DNA of 64,000 nt from IMG/VR virus record IMGVR_UViG_3300042291_001013. One strand, 5' to 3'. The notes beneath the pieces are model-generated. The model had not been told where the DNA came from, did not search any database, and saw only the letters and a program-made list of their open reading frames with translations. Of this stretch, positions 56,299-64,000 are shown piece by piece (the stretch's first letter is position 1; every line of letters starts with the position of its first letter). Source of the stretch: a virus. Its lineage: Duplodnaviria; Caudoviricetes. The position numbers and the translations under genes are program-made.

Positions 56299-57375
56299 TT
56301 ATTGACTTTGGATAATGGTTATTGTGGTGCTGCCGCCCGAGTTAATTTTTTGATACACAGGAATACCATCCTGTTGTAAATCCAAGACGGCCCCTTGTTC
56401 TCGAGGCACAGTTAATTCAAAAATATGACTGCTGTATCTAGTTAAAACCAACTGGTCTGAATCAGTTACTCGCCATTTCAAGCCTGAACTTTCATCATAG
56501 CCCGGTAGCATACTCAGCGTGGTTGACATGGCTTCTTGAGTGGCCGACAACGCGGCATTCACAGCATCCAGTACATTGGGCAACAGGTCATCTTCTAGTT
56601 CATTGCGATCCAGCCGATTAAATGCATCCAGCTGATTGTCCAAGTCTGCAGGTTTTAAGAAGTCTTGGTCAAGAAAGTTAGTGTCCAGTACATTTCGACT
56701 ATCTCGTCGGTTGTCCCGGTTTTCTTCGCTGATTTCTCGGGGCCGACTAATGATCAACATGTTGTTGATGTTGGCTTGATCAATAGTGACTATCACTGGC
56801 AATGACGGTGCCCGATCAACAGAAGCAACCAGTGTGGCCTGATAGGCCTGTGTCATTAGTATACTGCCAGCTTGATTGGACACTTCAATAGCGCCTGTCA
56901 CACATGTTTTGTCGTCACAACTGGGCAACAGCATTATTAGACTACGACCCAGTTCGTCCACGGTCATTGAAAAGTCTGTGCCACGCACAGCAATAGAAGC
57001 TGTGGGTGTAGTAACTGCAACCTGTTGCGGGGAATTTTTGGCAATCTGGCCTGAAGCATACCTGGCTGTGCCCAGGGCAACTTTCATGGCCAACTTGCCA
57101 GTGCCCGACTTTGGGTCGTACACAAAGTCATCAATTATCAGCTTTGACTGCTCGGTAATTTTTACTTTGGTAGCATCATCAAAAGTCAATTCAGCTCGAG
57201 ATCTAGCTGTGACAATTGTGTCATTCATTTCCACTGCGGTATTCACAGCACTGGATATGCTTTTTCGGGCCCGTACTATTTCAGTAGGGCCAGACTGTTC
57301 TGTGACCTTGCCTACGCCGGCCCAAGTATTAGTCAGACTGAGTAATACTGATATTAATGTTATTGCCCGAAGCAT
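56299..57375 (-). CDS. FecR-domain secreted or periplasmic protein
   Basis: Signal peptide; F.D.T....E.S.L.ID; TPTA.IAVRGTDF. Confidence 0.8.
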   Translation of the reverse strand: MLRAITLISVLLSLTNTWAGVGKVTEQSGPTEIVRARKSISSAVNTAVEMNDTIVTARSRAELTFDDATKVKITEQSKLIIDDFVYDPKSGTGKLAMKVALGTARYASGQIAKNSPQQVAVTTPTASIAVRGTDFSMTVDELGRSLIMLLPSCDDKTCVTGAIEVSNQAGSILMTQAYQATLVASVDRAPSLPVIVTIDQANINNMLIISRPREISEENRDNRRDSRNVLDTNFLDQDFLKPADLDNQLDAFNRLDRNELEDDLLPNVLDAVNAALSATQEAMSTTLSMLPGYDESSGLKWRVTDSDQLVLTRYSSHIFELTVPREQGAVLDLQQDGIPVYQKINSGGSTTITIIQSQ

Positions 57376-57955
57376 TGACAGTTGCACTCTGAGTATTCAT
57401 ACCACTCTGTGACACAGTGATTGCATTTGGGACGGCACCAGAACCTGACCCAGTGACATTGATTGTGGCTGAGTTAGCTCCTGAACCCGAACTGTTATGC
57501 GTCACATGGTTGTAGTCACCTAGCACTGTGATGTTACTGGTGTGCGCACCGCCGTTGGATCCCAGCAAACTTTTAACATCATTGCTGTCACCTGTTATGG
57601 TATGCGTGATCGCAGACCCGCTACAGCTGGCGCTGATGCTGGTTCCGCAAGTTATGGTCTGTTGATTGCTGTCACCTATGACCGTGGACGTCACATCGGT
57701 GCCAGCACCGTTGACCAACTTGGCCAGCTGATTGTTACTGCCCGATTGTTCAATATACACAGTGTTCTGACCACCACCAATAAAGGCCGGCGCCAGAGCC
57801 GTGCCAATGGTGTTGTTGCTGCCTGCTTGTTTTAAAGTTACAGTGGTGCCATCACCAACTTGTTCTATATAAATTTCATTTGACGCTTGAACATGCGATA
57901 AAGCCATCATGCTCAATGCAAATATTGTCCCTTTAAGAGATCTTGTTATTTTCAT
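57329..57955 (-). CDS. curlin-like repeat protein
   Basis: Signal peptide; NEIYIEQVG and Q-x-G-x-x-N repeats. Confidence 0.65.
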   Translation of the reverse strand: MKITRSLKGTIFALSMMALSHVQASNEIYIEQVGDGTTVTLKQAGSNNTIGTALAPAFIGGGQNTVYIEQSGSNNQLAKLVNGAGTDVTSTVIGDSNQQTITCGTSISASCSGSAITHTITGDSNDVKSLLGSNGGAHTSNITVLGDYNHVTHNSSGSGANSATINVTGSGSGAVPNAITVSQSGMNTQSATVNASGNNINISITQSD

Positions 57956-58776
57956 TTTTGTTTTGTGGGCGAGTTACTATCCTCAACCTCATTCCTTGGG
58001 AGTGTGCCCTTTTTGTATGACCAAAGTCTTCGTTTTGCTCCTTCTTGGATCATTTCATACACCGCTTGTTCAATGGCTATTCGAACAGCGTATGTGGTGG
58101 GCTCATTTGTAGCGGCCCCGTTCTCAAGTTCAATAGACGTTGTTCCAACATCAACAAATTTAAGAACTCCTTGATTGTGAGCTGTACTGAAAACAGTTTT
58201 ACTCACAGCCGTATTCAGCAACACTTCCCCGGTGTTGACCGAAATAACTCGCATGGAAATAACAATCTCATCCACACGATATTGTGTACTGGCACCAATG
58301 CCCAGTATCCTAGCACCGGTGCCGCCACTTGTGATGTTGGTGTCATAACCAATGATGCCACCTTCAATCATGAGTCCAGCTATCAACAGTGGTTTGAGTG
58401 GTTTGGCATCTTTGCCTTCATACACTTCGCGCTGATTGCGAATTAGTTGACGTTCTTTGATCAAGTTGTCCAGGCTCACACGTTCAACCACTGTGAACCA
58501 ATTGGGTGTGTCTTGCAAGGCCTTGATTAGGAACACTTCGGCACCTTGTGTGACTGCTGTGGAAAACAGTGCCAGCTTGTCGTTGTTTTTTTTCTGACCA
58601 GTCTTGTCCATAAACCCGTACACAGCAATTGGTATTCTTGGTCCATCCAATTCAGGCAGTGTGGCCAACAAGTTCTGTCGTGGCACCAATTTGGGCGGCT
58701 GCGAATCAAACTGAATTTGGTCCAGACTGGCACACCCGCTCAACATCAACAGCAATGACAACACTAGTGCTTTCAT
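57952..58776 (-). CDS. csgG: curli secretion channel CsgG-like lipoprotein
   Basis: Lipobox LSGC; AVY.F.DKTGQ, STAVTQGA, VVER..L.NL.KERQLIR, EGGIIGYD. Confidence 0.9.
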   Translation of the reverse strand: MKALVLSLLLMLSGCASLDQIQFDSQPPKLVPRQNLLATLPELDGPRIPIAVYGFMDKTGQKKNNDKLALFSTAVTQGAEVFLIKALQDTPNWFTVVERVSLDNLIKERQLIRNQREVYEGKDAKPLKPLLIAGLMIEGGIIGYDTNITSGGTGARILGIGASTQYRVDEIVISMRVISVNTGEVLLNTAVSKTVFSTAHNQGVLKFVDVGTTSIELENGAATNEPTTYAVRIAIEQAVYEMIQEGAKRRLWSYKKGTLPRNEVEDSNSPTKQK

Positions 58777-59216
58777 CAAAATGCAAAACTCGCTAGTGGC
58801 ACAGTGATCTCTGTGCGATTGCCATTGCTTTCTAGAATGGTCATGGTGACATCAGTAGAAGTTTTAACCCAGCTGATGTTGGTGCCTTGAAAATCCAAAC
58901 TGCCTGTGGTTCCACCGCCGCTGAATAGTGAGTCTGCCAACTGCTTGCTCAACTGAGCATAGATGCGACTTTCTACGTTGACTAGGAATTTGGCTATGTT
59001 GGTTTGTTTGGCCGCAAGCTCGGCCTTGGCCAATCTGTTGGCTTCTTCTTCTCGTAGTTTTTGTCGGCGTGTGGCTTCCAGTTGTTCAATCGTAAGCACG
59101 TGACTACTGTAACCGACTCCTGAAAAAGCTGGCGAATTGAACTGATGTACCAGTTCAGTGGCTCCGGCCCGCAATGCTATCACAAGCAGGGCCATTATAA
59201 TTATTATTTTGTTCAT
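58776..59216 (-). CDS. csgF: curli assembly CsgF-like protein
   Basis: Signal peptide; ELVHQFNSPAFSG; directly upstream of csgG. Confidence 0.75.
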   Translation of the reverse strand: MNKIIIIMALLVIALRAGATELVHQFNSPAFSGVGYSSHVLTIEQLEATRRQKLREEEANRLAKAELAAKQTNIAKFLVNVESRIYAQLSKQLADSLFSGGGTTGSLDFQGTNISWVKTSTDVTMTILESNGNRTEITVPLASFAF

Positions 59217-59282
59217 AGAAAAACCCCACCTAGTATTTACGTGGGGTTTGGATTCTTAAACGGCTTGTTTTATTGCGCTGGG

Positions 59283-59636
59283 TTAGATTCGCACTCTAGT
59301 GCCGTCCCAGTCAGCCCCGGGGTCGTTGTCTTTGTAGTTTTTTACACGACTCAGCAAATCCACGTAAAATGTGTCTACTTCGCCGTTCCACTTGCCCATG
59401 AGACCTTCTATAGCATGTTCACAGTAGTTCCATTCACGTTGCTTGTAATAGTGAATGATATCATTGTGTACCTTTTTGTACGCATCTAAATTGGCAAATT
59501 CTGTCAATGGCAGTTTTTCTATCACGCAGTAGGCAGTTTTCACAGTGCCTTCTGCAACAAAACGAAATGTGTCTAGTTCTAGTACAGTGTAACTGTTGGG
59601 TATTTCTTTAAGAGCGTCGCCAAATATAATGTTCAT
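59283..59636 (-). CDS. standalone homolog of the cyclase C-terminal TPR-like domain
   Basis: YKQREW..C..L.GKW.GE.D.FY...R...W.G matches the C-terminus of the 52495 cyclase. Confidence 0.6.
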   Translation of the reverse strand: MNIIFGDALKEIPNSYTVLELDTFRFVAEGTVKTAYCVIEKLPLTEFANLDAYKKVHNDIIHYYKQREWNYCEHAIEGLMGKWNGEVDTFYVDLLSRVKNYKDNDPGADWDGTRVRI

Positions 59637-59660
59637 TGTATTTCCTTTTAAATATGTATC

Positions 59661-60449
59661 ATGAGTTTTGCATTTGATTTAATTTCTGACCTACACATAG
59701 ACACCTGGGGTCAATTTAGCTGGGAAAATCGCGCCACCTCTCCGGTGTGTATTGTGGCTGGCGACTTGGCTAGAGACCGAGACACAGTTACTCGTGCTCT
59801 GAGACACCTGGGCAAAATGTATCAGGCTGTGTTCTACATTGACGGCAACGATGAGCATACTGACTACAGAGAAAATCTTGGGGAAAGTTACCTAGATCTT
59901 GCTCGACGCATAGAACGCATACCCAACGTGGTATACTTACAAGACAATGTGGTAGTAGTTGACGGCATAGCAATTCTGGGCACCAACGGCTGGTGGGGCT
60001 TTGATTTTGATCTTACTATTGACAGTGAAGAAAGCCAGGACTGGTATGCTGACAAAGAGAACCTTAGTCCTGTAGCAATTTCCAGCATACGCAAAATGGG
60101 CAACACTGACGCCACTTACATGCTCAGCAGTGTGAAAAGATTACAAACACATCATGACGTCAAAAAGATTGTAATGGTCACACACACTGTGCCTGACCCA
60201 TCTTTAATCGAACACGACATTGACTTGGAAAATACTCCTAGATTCAATACCATGGGCAATCGTTACATGATGCAGGCTCTGGCGGCTGACACTGAAAACA
60301 AAATTGATACCTGGTGTTTTGGCCATTATCATGGATCAGTGGATCAAACCCGTTCAGGTATTCGATTTGTAAACAACTGTCGTGGACGAGCCGGTACACG
60401 GTTTGTGCAACATGTGTACCATCCCCGACGTATTGTTATTGACCTTTAG
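59661..60449 (+). CDS. metallophosphoesterase
   Basis: SDLH, AGD, GNDEH, THTVP, FGHYH. Confidence 0.85.
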   Translation: MSFAFDLISDLHIDTWGQFSWENRATSPVCIVAGDLARDRDTVTRALRHLGKMYQAVFYIDGNDEHTDYRENLGESYLDLARRIERIPNVVYLQDNVVVVDGIAILGTNGWWGFDFDLTIDSEESQDWYADKENLSPVAISSIRKMGNTDATYMLSSVKRLQTHHDVKKIVMVTHTVPDPSLIEHDIDLENTPRFNTMGNRYMMQALAADTENKIDTWCFGHYHGSVDQTRSGIRFVNNCRGRAGTRFVQHVYHPRRIVIDL

Positions 60450-60757
60450 GTCATTGATTCCGGCTCAAGTTTGATCTGCAAGGGATAACTTTGAGCACGT
60501 GCCAGCATGGTAACTTCTACACCTTTTTGTTCGGCAACTTCATAAGGAAGAACTGCCACAATTGCTGATCCTGCTTCATGAATATCCACAGTGATCTGTT
60601 CCGCGGTGTCTGCTGTGTAATCAAAGTAGTTGATCAAGGTTTCAACCACAAACTCCATGGTGGTCTGATTGTCGTTGAGATATACTACACGAAACAATGG
60701 TGGTTCTTTGACAGCTTCTAATGGTTTGATACGTGTGCGTGTTTCGCTTTGTGGCAT
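60446..60757 (-). CDS. clpS: Clp protease adaptor ClpS
   Basis: FRVVYLND..T.MEFVV..L..IHE.GSA.V..E.AE.K..YPL. Confidence 0.92.
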   Translation of the reverse strand: MPQSETRTRIKPLEAVKEPPLFRVVYLNDNQTTMEFVVETLINYFDYTADTAEQITVDIHEAGSAIVAVLPYEVAEQKGVEVTMLARAQSYPLQIKLEPESMT

Positions 60758-60816
60758 TTCAGTTCCTTGTTGGCAGTGGCAAGCACCGCGCTTGCCACTT
60801 TATTTACACTATTATA

Positions 60817-61269
60817 TTAGGAAGTGTAGGTGATAGCAATGGTCTTTGGCTTGGCATCTTCGGGCACTTCACGCTTTAGGTGAACGCTTAGAATACCAAG
60901 TTCAAGGTGAGCATGGCTGATCTCCACATGATCCGCAAGTTGAAATTCCCTACGGAAATCTCTATTGCTGATACCTTTGTGCAAATAGGTTGGCACAATC
61001 TTTTCGCTGTCGGCTTGATATTCTTTGCCTTCAATAATCAAGAACTTTTTGTCCTTGGTAACTGAAAGATTATCAAGCCCAAAGCCGGCCACAGCCAAAC
61101 TGATCATGTACTCATCTTCATTGATTTGTACAATGTTGTAGGGTGGATAGTTTGTGCTGGATTGTTGAGCACTCACACGCATGAGTTCATCAAACATGTT
61201 ATCAAAACCGATACCAAATTTGTGAATTGCGGGAATGTCGAACGAGCGAAGGGTGAGAGTTTTTGTCAT
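60817..61269 (-). CDS. small heat shock protein Hsp20 (IbpA-like)
   Basis: YPPYNI, LAVAGF, YLHKGI..R.F.R.F.L, L.LG.L.V.L. Confidence 0.92.
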   Translation of the reverse strand: MTKTLTLRSFDIPAIHKFGIGFDNMFDELMRVSAQQSSTNYPPYNIVQINEDEYMISLAVAGFGLDNLSVTKDKKFLIIEGKEYQADSEKIVPTYLHKGISNRDFRREFQLADHVEISHAHLELGILSVHLKREVPEDAKPKTIAITYTS

Positions 61270-61275
61270 TTGTTT

Positions 61276-61294
61276 TCTCCTTTATATAAGCAAG
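61276..61294 (-). promoter_or_regulatory. ROSE-like RNA thermometer in the hsp20 5' UTR
   Basis: TTGCTTATATAAAGGAG, with an upstream hairpin TGTAG..GCCC/GGG.CTACA. Confidence 0.6.
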
Positions 61295-61380
61295 ATGACT
61301 TGTGATGTAGCCCCACTATGGGCACTACAATGTTATTTATTATACGAGATTTCTTTTAGAACAAAACCAAATTGAGCAAA

Positions 61381-61605
61381 TCAATACAGTTTTCGGGGTA
61401 GACTCTGTGCGTCCAATTTCTTTTGCCAGCGATTCTTTGCGGCTGACTTTTTGCGTTTGCGCTCGGTTGTGGGTTTTTCGTAAAATTCTTTGGCACGGAC
61501 GTCATCCAGTATGCCTGAGGCCTGTATCTTTTTCTTGAATTTACGCAGTGCTTTGTCTACATTGCCATCTTGTACCAGTACGGATCTACCTCTTAATTTA
61601 ACCAT
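61381..61605 (-). CDS. rpsU: ribosomal protein bS21
   Basis: [14 protein letters not shown]...G...EFYEKPT..RKRK. Confidence 0.92.
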   Translation of the reverse strand: MVKLRGRSVLVQDGNVDKALRKFKKKIQASGILDDVRAKEFYEKPTTERKRKKSAAKNRWQKKLDAQSLPRKLY

Positions 61606-62800
61606 TGCTTTCTTTTAGTTCCTTTGGTGTATTTACTTGATCTGCATCAATATTCACCACTTGGATACCTTGCTTGCGATATCGCGACAAGTAAAACATA
61701 TGGGGCAATAACACACGTTCCAGTTCACTGTGCAAGCCACGAGCACCAGTTTTGTTTTTTATTGTGCGTTCGGCAATGAGTTCCAGGCTTTCGGGGCTGA
61801 ATTTCAATTCCACTTGATCACGTTCAAATAACCAGTTGTACTGACTGATGTAGCTGTGCTTGACGTCTTGCAGGATTCTCAGCAGATCTTTCTTGGTGAG
61901 CTCTTGCAAGGCAACCCAGCTGGGGAAACGACCCACAAATTCAGGGATCATTCCAAAGCGGATAAGATCTTCTGGGTTGGTTAGATCAAGATTGGCTGTG
62001 GTATCTGACGACACCTGTGCACCAAATCCAATGCTGGTACCTTTAACACGATTTTTAACAATGTTGTCCAAGCCCACAAATGCGCCGCCAGCAATAAACA
62101 AGATGTTGGTGGTATCAATCTCAATCATGTCTCCCGAAGGATGCTTGCGATTGCCTGTGGGAGTGACCCTGCACTTGGTGCCTTCTACTAGTTTAAGTAG
62201 CGCCTGCTGTACACCTTCGCCCGACACATCTCGTGTGATACTGGCACTCTCACTACGACGACTGATCTTGTCAATTTCGTCAATAAACACAATACCACGT
62301 TGAGTTTTTTCTACATCGCCTCCGGAAGCCGCAAACAGTCTACTGATCAAACTTTCTACATCATCGCCCACATAACCAGCTTCAGTAAGACTAGTGGCAT
62401 CAGCAATAACAAACGGCACATCTAGATAACGTGCTATGCTACGTGCCAACAGGGTTTTGCCTGAGCCTGTGGGGCCAAGCATGAGAATGTTGGTCTTTTC
62501 AATTTCAATTTCAGGGTTGGGATTGGCAATGCGTTTGTAGTGATTGACCACGGCCACACTGAGCACCTGCTTGGCAACATCTTGCCCAATTACATATTGA
62601 TCTAGATGTCGTTTGATTTCTTCTGGGTCCAGGGTTGCATTGACTTCAGGTTTGACTGGTAGGTCTTTTTGCAGTAGATCTTGACAAAGATCCACGCACT
62701 CGTTGCAGATGCTGACAGAATCGCCAACAATTAGTTTGGCCACAGCATCTTTGTGTTTGCCACAAAAACTGCAGGTATCAATGTTTTCATTTGTTTTCAT
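61598..62800 (-). CDS. clpX: ClpX ATPase
   Basis: CSFCGK zinc finger, [37 protein letters not shown]. Confidence 0.95.
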   Translation of the reverse strand: MKTNENIDTCSFCGKHKDAVAKLIVGDSVSICNECVDLCQDLLQKDLPVKPEVNATLDPEEIKRHLDQYVIGQDVAKQVLSVAVVNHYKRIANPNPEIEIEKTNILMLGPTGSGKTLLARSIARYLDVPFVIADATSLTEAGYVGDDVESLISRLFAASGGDVEKTQRGIVFIDEIDKISRRSESASITRDVSGEGVQQALLKLVEGTKCRVTPTGNRKHPSGDMIEIDTTNILFIAGGAFVGLDNIVKNRVKGTSIGFGAQVSSDTTANLDLTNPEDLIRFGMIPEFVGRFPSWVALQELTKKDLLRILQDVKHSYISQYNWLFERDQVELKFSPESLELIAERTIKNKTGARGLHSELERVLLPHMFYLSRYRKQGIQVVNIDADQVNTPKELKESNG

Positions 62801-64000
62801 TATGGGAATTGGTTTGTTGTAAACGTTCGGCCACTTGTTCGCGTTCAGCATTGGTCAGCAGATCAGTATCATACTCGCCACTGCCAATACGTTCAATCAA
62901 GTGATCAATATAGGCTTCATCGTAAGTATAGCTGTCTGTGTGATTTTTGTCAACTTCAATCCAGTCATTACCGTTGTACTTATAGACTCTGCTGGGCAGG
63001 TGATCAACTCTTACAAAGGTGTCACCACGACCAGGATTGGGAGGGAAAGTAGTACCAAATCCTGTGTTGGTTGATTCTGGCAATTCATTATCGGCTATTA
63101 ATTCCATCCAGGGTAGTTTTGTAATTTTACCTTGGCTCAGCAACTGTCGTTGATGCTTGAGTGTGTCATCAGGATTTTGTTCTTTCCAGGTTTGTTTGGC
63201 AGCCTTGACACGTGGATCTTCTTCAGCTTCTTCTAGAGCTTCAATTTCCTGGTCAGTAAAAGGGCGTATTTCCACGCCTGGGGGTTCGGCCACAATGTTC
63301 ATGGCAGCGTCATCGTCACTGACCTTGGCAACCATGGGTTTACTGAACATCCAACTTTCGGGATACTGGAACCCTTGCGTTAGATAAGGGTGTGTGCTGG
63401 GATGGTGCTGTGGTGGATCTTTGGACAAATCTTTGTTTGCTAGATCTTGGATTTGTTCAAGTTGTTCGTCAGTTAATGGGCCATCGTCGGGTTCATACTT
63501 GGGCTCGTCATGTACAAAGCCTCCGGTGCCTTGTCGTGCCCATTCAAACTGTTTGTTGGCGGCCAGGATCAGTGTGAGAGCAAGAGGATCAAATACCAGC
63601 ACAATCATTATGATCATCCAACGCACTGCACGTTCTAGTAGATTGTCGTCGGGATTGTCCCCGTACAACAAAGCCGCAATGTATTTTATTGGTCCAACCT
63701 CGGCTTCAACCTTGCGTACCTCGGCGGCAATAGGCGCACGGGCATCGTTAAGTTCCGCAATAGACTTTTGCGACTGTGATATTTCAGCTTGAAGGCGACC
63801 ACGCTCTTTCTGCTGGGTTCTTCGCATAGCCACAGCTTTTTCGGCACCCGTTTCTGTTGTTGAGCGGCCCAGTACTTGGTCCACTCCTTCATCCATCTGT
63901 TTAAGTGCCTTACGGTTTGCTTCAATATTCTCTTTCTCGGTCTTGATCTTTTCATCATATATTGCTATTTTACTTGTAACATCACCGCTGACTAAACTTT
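62787..64000 (-). CDS. conserved phage membrane/coiled-coil protein (5' end outside the window)
   Basis: EAEVGPIKYIA..FDPLA; the frame appears to continue to the window edge. Confidence 0.65.
   Translation of the reverse strand, partial: SLVSGDVTSKIAIYDEKIKTEKENIEANRKALKQMDEGVDQVLGRSTTETGAEKAVAMRRTQQKERGRLQAEISQSQKSIAELNDARAPIAAEVRKVEAEVGPIKYIAALLYGDNPDDNLLERAVRWMIIMIVLVFDPLALTLILAANKQFEWARQGTGGFVHDEPKYEPDDGPLTDEQLEQIQDLANKDLSKDPPQHHPSTHPYLTQGFQYPESWMFSKPMVAKVSDDDAAMNIVAEPPGVEIRPFTDQEIEALEEAEEDPRVKAAKQTWKEQNPDDTLKHQRQLLSQGKITKLPWMELIADNELPESTNTGFGTTFPPNPGRGDTFVRVDHLPSRVYKYNGNDWIEVDKNHTDSYTYDEAYIDHLIERIGSGEYDTDLLTNAEREQVAERLQQTNSHNENK

Noticed and set aside
1-64000. Stop-codon reassignment, as seen in some large phages
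   Set aside because: Recognisable genes are full length under code 11 and end at TAA, TGA or TAG with tight coupling.
1-64000. Bacterial chromosome origin, given clpP, clpX, pstS, infA, rpsU and nadE
   Set aside because: These genes lack their normal operons (no pstCAB, lon or tig) and are interspersed with baseplate/fibre genes, TAAATA late motifs and small phage ORFs.

Overview
This 64 kb window is a segment of a large lytic tailed dsDNA phage genome (T4-like or jumbo myovirus style), in the standard genetic code. The host is probably a Betaproteobacterium (inferred from the PstS, desaturase, ErpA, IF-1, phasin-like and Ala/Pro/Lys-rich proteins). From left to right: (1) an N-terminal half of a split DnaE-like polymerase, then a baseplate and tail-fibre block (1.4-14 kb); (2) ErpA, SOD, IF-1, cell-wall hydrolase, NadE and an Hc1-like protein; (3) a long array of small early-type genes, many with their own near-consensus sigma70 promoter, including a ParB-like plus HNH-like two-gene operon; (4) radical SAM proteins, phosphoesterases, two ClpP-family proteases and a lipoprotein cluster; (5) PstS, UV endonuclease and an amidinotransferase / 2OG-oxygenase / nucleotide-sugar dehydrogenase cluster; (6) a CHASE2 adenylate cyclase next to desaturase, holin-like, FecR, curlin-like, CsgG and CsgF genes; (7) ClpS, Hsp20, bS21 and ClpX. 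By manual translation I found several small ORFs below the ORF-track cutoff, notably an ArfA-like ribosome rescue factor and an entericidin-like lipoprotein. I also found ROSE-like RNA thermometer motifs, many apparently leaderless promoters, and promoter-bounded gene cassettes. I saw no tRNA, rRNA, CRISPR array, integrase or transposase. All family assignments come from motif recognition, not database searches.
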